DNA of 64,000 nucleotides from a virus (Duplodnaviria > Caudoviricetes), in the IMG/VR virus record IMGVR_UViG_3300037067_024922, positions 1-64,000 of that record, one strand, 5' to 3'. A program made the translations under genes and the position numbers. The first letter of the stretch is position 1, and the number at the start of each line of letters is the position of its first letter. Of the stretch, positions 56,515-64,000 are shown one piece after another. The notes under the pieces are model-generated. The model was not told the origin of the DNA and did not search any database. It saw nothing but the letters and a program-made list of their open reading frames with translations.

Positions 56515-57744
56515 ATGAAAACCGGGATTTTATTGTCAGCCTGCATGATAGTAAAAAATGAGGAGAAAAATCTTGAGCGATGCCTGAAGTCGATTAAGAA
56601 ATTGGTCGATGAGATCGTGGTGGTGGATACCGGCTCAACAGATCAGACCGTGTCGATAGCAAAACATTTTGGAGCACGGGTCTACCATCACGAGTGGCAA
56701 AATGATTTTTCTCTTCATCGTAACCAGGCAATCTCTTATGCTCAAGGTCGGTGGGTAATGACGATCGATGCAGATGAGGAACTCGTTTTGGAAAACAATG
56801 TGGACAACAAACAGATCCGGGAATTTCTCAGATCAATGGATAATCGATATCCTGCTGTGTGTATTACTTTCCATGATATCCAGAAGGGGAGCGATATTCT
56901 CCAATTCAACTCTGCCCGGATTTTTCGGAGAGGCTTAGTTGAATACAAAGGGATGGTTCATAATCAGCCAACATTGAAGATCGAAGGGAACTCGGTCTTC
57001 TGTCCGGGAATCCATTTGAAGCATTACGGATACGATCTTACGCCAGAGCAGAAAGCGGCTAAATTTGAAAGGACGCATACCCTGCTCATGAAGCAGATCG
57101 AGACCGGCCAGATGGACGATATGCTCCCATACTTTTTCCTGTCCCAGCTTTATGCTGACAATCAGCAGATTCATGAGTCGGTGGCTTGGGCGGAGAAGTA
57201 TTGGGAGAACAAAGACAAGATTGAAAAGAGCCATTTTTGTGACTCTGTTTATTTCACCACAACCAGACAATACATGAAAATTGGAGATCGTGATAAGGCA
57301 TATGAATGGTTGACCAGAGGGATTGCGGCTCTTCCTGGCGATCTGGATATGGCTCTTATTGCTCTTGAGTTTGGAGTTTGGACAAAAAATACTGACCTTC
57401 AAATTCAGGCCTGCAAGGATTTCCTTCTTTCATATAGCCTGTTTCAGAAGAATCCGATGATGAAGGGTAACAGATTTGTCTATGCATTAAGACCAGAGGC
57501 ATTGGCTTATGTCTACCTTCATCAGACGTTGTCGCAAATAAAGGACGGAACTCAGGCGCTGATGAATTTGATGAAGCTGATCCCGAGCCTGCACCCTTCT
57601 TATGGCCAAGGGATGATGAAGACCTTAGAAGAGGAGCTTTCAACCTCAGCATTTCCTGTTCATTTTGTAAAAGATTTGGCGGAGAGTCCGGTGGGAGATC
57701 TAAAGGACAAGAAAGAAAATTTTGTATCGTCAACAATTCATTGA
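56515..57744 (+). CDS. GT2 glycosyltransferase with TPR-like helical C-terminus (protein-glycosyltransferase type)
   Basis: SACMIVKNEE..L.RCL, VDTGSTD, W.NDFS..RN, IDADE, VHNQ and HYGY motifs. Confidence 0.9.
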   Translation: MKTGILLSACMIVKNEEKNLERCLKSIKKLVDEIVVVDTGSTDQTVSIAKHFGARVYHHEWQNDFSLHRNQAISYAQGRWVMTIDADEELVLENNVDNKQIREFLRSMDNRYPAVCITFHDIQKGSDILQFNSARIFRRGLVEYKGMVHNQPTLKIEGNSVFCPGIHLKHYGYDLTPEQKAAKFERTHTLLMKQIETGQMDDMLPYFFLSQLYADNQQIHESVAWAEKYWENKDKIEKSHFCDSVYFTTTRQYMKIGDRDKAYEWLTRGIAALPGDLDMALIALEFGVWTKNTDLQIQACKDFLLSYSLFQKNPMMKGNRFVYALRPEALAYVYLHQTLSQIKDGTQALMNLMKLIPSLHPSYGQGMMKTLEEELSTSAFPVHFVKDLAESPVGDLKDKKENFVSSTIH

Positions 57745-57760
57745 GGGGAGGATTAAGAAC

Positions 57761-58096
57761 ATGGCGAAAAAGATAGCAGAGCCTTTGCTGGCGTATTTGG
57801 CGGACGGGACTCAGATCACATTCAAACATGCAGTTGATCGCAGAGACGCACTCAACAGGGGAATGTTACAATTCCCTCCCGGCCAGAAGCCTCCGGAAAA
57901 GGCCGTGGTCGTCGAAGGTGAGAAAGCGACAGGGATCGAACCTATCGGCAGTCCTGTGAAAAAAGAGGAAGAGAGTTTGGATGACATGACCGTTGCTGAA
58001 CTCAAAACGGCCATTCTGAAACTCGATCCCGACGAGACCTTCAAGGACATGAAAAAAGCAGACCTGATAATTCTGCTGCAGAATTTGAGAAGTTAA
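57761..58096 (+). CDS. Small protein with Rho-N/HeH-like C-terminal domain
   Basis: LDDMTVAELK...MKKADLI. Confidence 0.6.
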   Translation: MAKKIAEPLLAYLADGTQITFKHAVDRRDALNRGMLQFPPGQKPPEKAVVVEGEKATGIEPIGSPVKKEEESLDDMTVAELKTAILKLDPDETFKDMKKADLIILLQNLRS

Positions 58097-58135
58097 TTGG
58101 GTCACTGATGGTGGCCATTTTAGGGAGGACGATAT

Positions 58136-58660
58136 ATGGCAGGACCTACTTTAGTCATTGAAGACGGAACAGCATCAACCCCTTCCGCAAATTCCTACGT
58201 GACTGTAGATGAGGTCGTAACTTTCTGCGTCCAATATGGATTGAGCTCTTGGGCCTCCCTTGCCACTACAGACATGATAACCTCAATCCTGAGAGGGATG
58301 GCCTTTGTTGAATCTGAGTTTAATTTCAAGGGAGTGAAAATGTCTTATGATGATCCTCTTGAATGGCCAAGATTCGGCATCTATGATGAGGCTGGGGTTG
58401 ATCCTTCTCAGGATCTTCTGTATTATGAAGAGATCCCCAAAGGGCTGAAGAATGCTGTTTGCAGGGCTGCTTATGAAGAGTCGGTTGTTCCAGGAGTCCT
58501 TCAAGCCAATGTCACTTCAAATATAAGGAGAGAAAGGATTGATGTCATTGAGACTGAGTTTTTTGGGACCCAACCATCCAAAGTGATTTACAGAACCATT
58601 CAAGGATTTCTCAAAGGACTCATCGCAAACACCAATACGGCAAATGTGAAGAGGACGTAA
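58136..58660 (+). CDS. Head-tail adaptor
   Basis: LVIEDGT....ANSYVT, L.WPR, IP..LK.A, IDVIETE. Confidence 0.85.
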   Translation: MAGPTLVIEDGTASTPSANSYVTVDEVVTFCVQYGLSSWASLATTDMITSILRGMAFVESEFNFKGVKMSYDDPLEWPRFGIYDEAGVDPSQDLLYYEEIPKGLKNAVCRAAYEESVVPGVLQANVTSNIRRERIDVIETEFFGTQPSKVIYRTIQGFLKGLIANTNTANVKRT

Positions 58661-59014
58661 ATGGATTGGAATAGCAAAATAGCCTCTGCAAAAAGGATGA
58701 TCGCTGACAAAGGGATCGCGATGACCATTTGTAAGATCGTCCCTGGCACTTATAATGCCACGTCCGATTCAATTTCTGCCACTCTTACTTCATACAGCAC
58801 GATTGGGGTAATTACAAATCCTGTCGTCCGTAATACAGATGGCGAATACAGCAGATCGGACAGTGTCAGGCTTATTCTTCCTGCCTCTGGATTGCCGACG
58901 CTTGACAGGATAGCATACAAAGTTGTATGTGGGGAAGATACTTGGTTTCCCAAAAGCACCAGAGCAGTGAAACCGGGAGGAGTCGTAATAATTTATTTAG
59001 CTGATTTGAAATAA
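58661..59014 (+). CDS. Head closure / head-to-tail joining protein
   Basis: A.RMI..KG, G.Y, VKPGG; position in the neck module. Confidence 0.7.
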   Translation: MDWNSKIASAKRMIADKGIAMTICKIVPGTYNATSDSISATLTSYSTIGVITNPVVRNTDGEYSRSDSVRLILPASGLPTLDRIAYKVVCGEDTWFPKSTRAVKPGGVVIIYLADLK

Positions 59015-59023
59015 GGAGGCTCT

Positions 59024-59356
59024 GTGTTTGGATTTATAGCTCGATGCTGGAAAGGGATCGCTACGATAATGGGTATGATTGCCATCGCTGGTGGGATTAT
59101 GACCATTCCTACATTTGTGGCTACTCCCGCAGATTTAAAGCAGCTGAAGGAAGAGCTTACCACAGAGTTCAAGAAGTCTATGGAACTGGATCGAAACATT
59201 GTCCGGCTTAATCAGATCAATGACTCTCTTATTAGGGCAAGGATTCAGCAAAGACAGTATCCGAAGGACAAGGATATCGCAGAGGACGTTGAGAGTTTAA
59301 AAGCCGATAAAGCTGAGATCCAGAAACAGATTGATGATAGAAACAAACAAAAGTAG
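59024..59356 (+). CDS. Membrane-anchored coiled-coil protein
   Basis: N-terminal TM helix followed by heptads. Confidence 0.55.
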   Translation: MFGFIARCWKGIATIMGMIAIAGGIMTIPTFVATPADLKQLKEELTTEFKKSMELDRNIVRLNQINDSLIRARIQQRQYPKDKDIAEDVESLKADKAEIQKQIDDRNKQK

Positions 59357-59367
59357 GAGGTGCTGAA

Positions 59368-59544
59368 ATGGCAGACGATAGATCAAGCAGAAAATTTCTT
59401 GTTCACGAGAATGACAGGCTCAGGGATGCTCTGAAAACGAGGGATGAAGAAAAGGCAGCATTGGTCGAAGAGATCAGCGCCTTGAAGACGGAAATAAAGC
59501 AGCTGAAGAGGTCAGATTTTGGGAAGAAGTCCAAAGGAGAGTAA
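59368..59544 (+). CDS. 58-aa coiled-coil protein (not in the ORF track)
   Basis: AGGAGGT RBS; fills the gap between neighbouring genes. Confidence 0.55.
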   Translation: MADDRSSRKFLVHENDRLRDALKTRDEEKAALVEEISALKTEIKQLKRSDFGKKSKGE

Positions 59545-59550
59545 TCGGAA

Positions 59551-60066
59551 ATGGGACAATATTCTCGAGACTTAGAAGAGCAGTTGTGGTTAAGCTCTTC
59601 CATGGAACTCGGTGAAGAGCTTACCGAGTCAGCAAGTCAATTTTCTGCGGCACTGCGAAAGATGGCGGTTGTAATTGATGCCAACATATCCGCAGTCATC
59701 AGAAAAGGAGTGCTGGATGTCTTTAGGTCGATCATTAAAAGATCGCCAGTTCTCACCGGAGCATATCGTGCCAGCCACGGCATTGCAAATATGGAGCCGG
59801 CAGGAGATGAGGATATTGTCAAAGGCAGTAAAGGCGCAGTTATTTCAGCAGAGGTCGCTCTTAAAAAAGGCGCAAGGTGGACATGGAAGGTCGGTGATGG
59901 TGATATTTATCTGTTTAACAATCTGCCTTATGCCGAGAAGTTGGAAAATGGATGGAGCAAGCAAGCTCCCGCAGGGTGTTATAGAGTCTCCCTTGCAGAG
60001 CTTACACAATATTTAAACCAGAAATTGACAAAGATTCAAGGACTGGAACCGATGGGTGGCGAGTAA
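59551..60066 (+). CDS. HK97 gp10-like tail completion protein
   Basis: SPVLTG.YR, NNLPYA.KLE.GWSKQAP.G motifs. Confidence 0.85.
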   Translation: MGQYSRDLEEQLWLSSSMELGEELTESASQFSAALRKMAVVIDANISAVIRKGVLDVFRSIIKRSPVLTGAYRASHGIANMEPAGDEDIVKGSKGAVISAEVALKKGARWTWKVGDGDIYLFNNLPYAEKLENGWSKQAPAGCYRVSLAELTQYLNQKLTKIQGLEPMGGE

Positions 60067-60464
60067 TGTTAGTAGAAGAAATAAGATCGGCAATCATGGC
60101 AAGTTTGGTAGCATCATGGGCGACCTGCACTGTTATTGATTTGCCAAACTTTCCTTTTAGCGCTCCCGTTGCATCTGCATGGATAAGGCCGAGAATAAAG
60201 CTGGGTAAAAGTTTTGTTGGTGAGATTGGGGACGATGGGATCGGTCTGAGGACTGGAGTAATAATGATCTCTGTATTTGTTCCACCGGGAGGAGGTTTGA
60301 AAACTGCAAATGGATATGCAGACCGACTGGAGAAATTGTTTAAGAGAGCGGACATTGGAGGAGCAAGGTTTGACGAGCCAAGCACAGAAGATTTAGGGAT
60401 CGATGAAGAGAATGGATTTTATCATTTGATGGTTTCTTGTGATCTGAATGCTTGGACAGGATAA
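60066..60464 (+). CDS. Tail terminator (DUF4128-like)
   Basis: PN.PF..P...WIR, G.I.ISVFVP.G.G, AD.L..LF. Confidence 0.8.
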   Translation: MLVEEIRSAIMASLVASWATCTVIDLPNFPFSAPVASAWIRPRIKLGKSFVGEIGDDGIGLRTGVIMISVFVPPGGGLKTANGYADRLEKLFKRADIGGARFDEPSTEDLGIDEENGFYHLMVSCDLNAWTG

Positions 60465-60512
60465 AGATTTTAAACACAAATTTTCCGTACAGGAAAGAGC
60501 AGGAGGTGGGAA

Positions 60513-61922
60513 ATGTCAACGAAAGAAGATATTGGGTTATCAAGAAAACAGCGCGTCTTCGCCAGAATCGAAAGTGTGGTGGGAACAATGGTGTTCCCGG
60601 TTGGGACGACCGACTTCATCAGGCCGGTCGGAAATGCAGGCATCAACCAAACTCCTGCATTTGCTGACTCTGAGGAACTTTCCAATACGTTGGATGTTCT
60701 CGATCAGTTTCAGAACGCAACGCCGGCAGGGAAATGGAATTTGGCAATGTATCTGAGGCCAACAGGAGTCCTTGGAGCAGCGGAGCTTATTCAGGGATCA
60801 GTCCTTTTGAAGGTTCTGCAAGGACTCGCAAATGAAGCAACGACGGCAGTGGTCAAGGATGCTGTGGCAAGTGCGACAATATCTACGATCACAATCCAGA
60901 CGATTGCCGGTGGGGTCATGCCCGTGAATGGGGCGATCAATATCGCAGAGGCTGGCGCCGGAGGCAAGGTGGAGAAAATCCACTACACTGGAATCACAAG
61001 GGTGTCGAGAACGGCCACTGCGGCCACTCTGACCGGATGTGTGAGAGGATATTATTCTTCAACAGCAGCCACTCATAGTGCAGCCAATGTGATTACGTTG
61101 GTTTCTCCGTTTTATCGGCAGGCAACCGATTCTCCGACCTTCTCCCTATGGATTGAGACAGACCATTTCGTTCAGGGGCTGTCGGGCTGCAGTATCGAGA
61201 ATGCAACCTTTGACATATCCAATGATGGAGCAGTGAAGGTCACGATGGATGGGCAAGGGATGCAAATGGTTTATGCCGGTACGGCCACTCTTACCCATGC
61301 ATGTGCCGCCACCACGCAGATTATCCAGGTGTCTGACGCCAGCCGATTCTCCGCAGGGGCATATATCTATAATTCATCGGCAGGAACGCCGGTTCGCTTG
61401 ATCAGCACTGTGGATCAGACCCTCAATCAGATCACCTTGTCGACAACCGTTCAGGCTGCAACCTGGGCTTCCGGGTCTATCGTCAGAGGGTACTTGCCTC
61501 CCGGAACAGAGATCGGAGATCCTATTGAGTCGAAGGATACGGTGGCAAAGATCGACTCTGTGCTTGCGAAGATCAAGACCGGATCTATCGCATTCAAGAC
61601 GCCGAAGAAATACATCGAGGATGAGGTCGGAACCGAGTATCCTGAAGACTTCCTTGAGGACAAGAGAAGCATCTCTTCGTCCTTGGGTCTGTACTTCAGA
61701 AAATCTGCCGCTGAGTATTTTACGAAAGGTTTTGATGGTGACGAATCAGCTGTCCTCATAACCTTCGGGGATACGGCAGGATCAATCGTGGATATTTATT
61801 TGCCCAAGTGCAAGCTGACAGTTCCTACGGTCAACTTCGCTTCTCCTGCTGTGGAATTGACGATTCCGATTTCAGCACTTGGGACTGTCGGGGAAGATAG
61901 TGCGGAGATTGTTGTGAGGTAA
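60513..61922 (+). CDS. Tail tube protein with two inserted Thr/Ala/Ser-rich domains
   Basis: Position, E...GT start, SGC, R.ISSSL.LYF and IYLPK tube motifs. Confidence 0.8.
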   Translation: MSTKEDIGLSRKQRVFARIESVVGTMVFPVGTTDFIRPVGNAGINQTPAFADSEELSNTLDVLDQFQNATPAGKWNLAMYLRPTGVLGAAELIQGSVLLKVLQGLANEATTAVVKDAVASATISTITIQTIAGGVMPVNGAINIAEAGAGGKVEKIHYTGITRVSRTATAATLTGCVRGYYSSTAATHSAANVITLVSPFYRQATDSPTFSLWIETDHFVQGLSGCSIENATFDISNDGAVKVTMDGQGMQMVYAGTATLTHACAATTQIIQVSDASRFSAGAYIYNSSAGTPVRLISTVDQTLNQITLSTTVQAATWASGSIVRGYLPPGTEIGDPIESKDTVAKIDSVLAKIKTGSIAFKTPKKYIEDEVGTEYPEDFLEDKRSISSSLGLYFRKSAAEYFTKGFDGDESAVLITFGDTAGSIVDIYLPKCKLTVPTVNFASPAVELTIPISALGTVGEDSAEIVVR

Positions 61923-61923
61923 A

Positions 61924-61974
61924 GGCGGACCATTGGCAACAGTGGGGAGGGAGATCCCGGCTCCCTCCACCGCC
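61924..61974 (+). terminator. GC-rich hairpin after the tail tube gene
   Basis: GGAGGGAG/CTCCCTCC stem; GGCGG/CCGCC outer pairing possible. Confidence 0.5.
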
Positions 61975-62018
61975 GTTATTTAAAATGACCGGGAAGAATT
62001 TTCCGGGAGGATTGAAAG

Positions 62019-62435
62019 ATGAAGCTGAGAACGAAACGTATCGAGGAATGGATCATCATTGAGGGAGCCGATCCGGGCGAAAAGGCAGAATTTTTGGTGC
62101 ATCCTTTGTCACCAAAAGAAGTAAATGCCATGCTCGAAAAGGTTAAGATTGTGGAGTGGGACAAAGGGCAAAGGTTTGTTGATCACAACTTTTACAAATT
62201 CAAGCTCCTCAAAATCTTTGCAACCATCATCAAATGGAAAGGGGTTGAGGACGAAGACGGGAATGAGCTCGGATGTATCGACGCAAACAAAGAGATCATT
62301 TATCTTGGCAATTCCGAGTTGATTGACCAGGTGCTTGAAAAGGCGGATGCTCTCTATAAAGCAGTTCAGGAGAGTGTGGAGAAAGAAGCAAAAAACTCAT
62401 TGCCTGCGCCGGATGGTACAGCAACCCTAATGTAG
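62019..62435 (+). CDS. Tail assembly chaperone (gpG-like)
   Basis: I.KWKGVEDEDG.EL, ending near EAKN; position before the tape measure. Confidence 0.85.
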   Translation: MKLRTKRIEEWIIIEGADPGEKAEFLVHPLSPKEVNAMLEKVKIVEWDKGQRFVDHNFYKFKLLKIFATIIKWKGVEDEDGNELGCIDANKEIIYLGNSELIDQVLEKADALYKAVQESVEKEAKNSLPAPDGTATLM

Positions 62436-62773
62436 CAGACTGCGCAGATTGTAAGAAAGTTTTTGATGGAAATCCGCCATGCGGTACGGAAGAATGTACA
62501 AAGCAGGATCTTCTTCCCGAGAACTCATTAGCATGGCGGATATGGGAGATTGCGAACACTCGGGATAGGCCAATTACGATGAGTGGTCTTGGGCCTATCC
62601 CGAGCACAGCAATCATAGCTTTATGTGAAGTGTACGGAGCGACTCTTGAAGATTTTGAAAAGGTGCTGTTGATTGAGAGTCTTCGTTATAAAGAATTGAC
62701 CGCAAAGAAAAAGAAAGAACCAAAAGATCCAGAAAAGATCCCAGGTCTCGCAAAGAGAAGGAAGAAAAAATAA
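62390..62773 (+). CDS. -1 frameshift extension of the tail chaperone (gpGT-like); slippery site A AAA AAC at 62390-62396
   Basis: The -1 frame is open from the slip site through ORF 62579-62773 to the tape measure start. Confidence 0.85.
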   Translation, partial: KKLIACAGWYSNPNVADCADCKKVFDGNPPCGTEECTKQDLLPENSLAWRIWEIANTRDRPITMSGLGPIPSTAIIALCEVYGATLEDFEKVLLIESLRYKELTAKKKKEPKDPEKIPGLAKRRKKK

Positions 62774-64000
62774 TGGCAGGGATCAAAATCAAAATTTCAA
62801 CCGAGGAGGCCCAAACTGCTACAAGGAAATTGTATGCAGATTTGGAGAAGCTTGGCGCGACCACCAAGTTAACCACAATGGAGGTTGATAAACTCCGTCA
62901 GCGCATGCTTGACAAAATGGGTGCGGATAAAGCTGTTGATGCAGTAGATCGACTCGCCAAATCAGTAGGTATGACAAGGTCAGAGGTTGCCAAATTTAAT
63001 CAGACCCTTGCCCCTGCCAATTTCTCCGACAGGATCACAGCTGGATACAAATCAATCAAGTCGCATTGGATGGCGATATCTGTCGCTGCAGCCGCTGCCG
63101 GAATAGCCATAAGTAAGGCTCTTGATTATTCTGTGCAAGGTGCAAAGGCCAAACAGGCAGAGGAGTCTTTCAGGCAGGTTGCGACTGCTGCTAATGAGAG
63201 CGCCGATAAAATTATCAGTGCTATGAAAAGAGCTTCTGCGGGAACCATCGATGACAGTGATTTGATGCAGAAGGCAGTTAAGGGCATGGTGCTTGGGTTT
63301 TCCGGTGATCAAATCATAAAGCTGACTGAGATTGCTCGTGTGTCTGCTCGTGTTGCAGGAGAGGATGTCAGAGATGCTTATGAAAATATAACCGATGCAA
63401 TCAGCACCAATATGCCCCGTGCATTGAAAAGATATGGTTTGATTACAAAGGAAGAAATGTCTTTGGTCACTAAAGCGGCAGCCGCAGGGATTGAAGATGT
63501 AAATCTTTATTCTTTGGTAACTGCCAGAGCTGCTCTTCAATCTGCAAAAATGGGGCCAGCTGTTGCGAATGCCGCTGAAAAACTGCAAGTATTTCATGCC
63601 CAAATTTCTGAAACAAAAGAGACTATGGGGATCTGGATCAATACCGGATTGCAGAAAGCCTATGGCGTTTTACAAGGCTTTGCCGCTGCTGGCCTGAGTG
63701 CTGCTGGCGGGATTGCAATGATTATTACCAAGATTCATGAACTCAATCTCTTTATTGAAGAGCATACAGGAAAAAACGAGAAGGCAATTGCCGCTGCTAA
63801 AAAATTGGCTGCCGAGAGCAGAGGGACAGCCGATATGTTGCTTGGCGCAGCGGGAGATCTGTTGGGTAAGGCGGCTAAGAATATTGAAAATTTAGAAAAG
63901 GCTGCCGGAAAATCAGACGCGGCTGCAATCAAGAGAGCTCAAGCTGATTTGGATAGATGGACAAAAGAGGCTAATGCAAAACTCGCATCAGAAAAAGCCA
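62773..64000 (+). CDS. Tape measure protein, truncated by the window end
   Basis: ATG overlaps the preceding TAA; Ala-rich helical ORF that appears open to the end of the window. Confidence 0.88.
   Translation, partial: MAGIKIKISTEEAQTATRKLYADLEKLGATTKLTTMEVDKLRQRMLDKMGADKAVDAVDRLAKSVGMTRSEVAKFNQTLAPANFSDRITAGYKSIKSHWMAISVAAAAAGIAISKALDYSVQGAKAKQAEESFRQVATAANESADKIISAMKRASAGTIDDSDLMQKAVKGMVLGFSGDQIIKLTEIARVSARVAGEDVRDAYENITDAISTNMPRALKRYGLITKEEMSLVTKAAAAGIEDVNLYSLVTARAALQSAKMGPAVANAAEKLQVFHAQISETKETMGIWINTGLQKAYGVLQGFAAAGLSAAGGIAMIITKIHELNLFIEEHTGKNEKAIAAAKKLAAESRGTADMLLGAAGDLLGKAAKNIENLEKAAGKSDAAAIKRAQADLDRWTKEANAKLASEKA

Noticed and set aside
114-63932. Numerous minus-strand ORFs in the track
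   Set aside because: They shadow well-supported plus-strand genes and show no recognisable motifs.

Overview
The whole window is part of one large tailed dsDNA phage genome with a siphovirus-type head-tail module. Every credible gene is on the + strand, and the host cannot be assigned from sequence alone. Gene order: (1) a self-contained replication/recombination block: initiator with internal iterons, DnaB-type helicase, beta clamp, DnaE fused to a family-4 uracil-DNA glycosylase, clamp loader, UvsY-like protein, SSB, RecA, flap exonuclease, Holliday junction resolvase, split Rad50 with Mre11, DnaQ and a serine resolvase; (2) inside that block, a 7-deazaguanine DNA-modification operon (queD, queE, folE, dpdL-like, B12-type radical SAM, glycosyltransferase, dpdA-like) with no queC in the window; (3) small and large terminase; (4) about 19 kb of accessory genes between terminase and portal, carrying a near-complete O-antigen-type diamino-uronic-acid nucleotide-sugar pathway with tailoring enzymes; (5) portal, intein-bearing MuF followed by a nuclease-like/immunity-like pair, scaffold, capsid, decoration protein, GT2 glycosyltransferase, neck, tail tube, frameshifted tail chaperones and the start of the tape measure. 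The two best candidates for undescribed systems are a further-modified (radical SAM plus glycosylated) 7-deazaguanine DNA base and a phage-encoded virion glycosylation pathway that makes its own rare sugar. A recurring non-canonical promoter (AAATATCTTTT-N19-TAnAAT) links sugar genes to the virion genes. Several single-base frameshifts in homopolymers could be sequence errors. All calls come from reading motifs by eye; no searches or folding programs were run.
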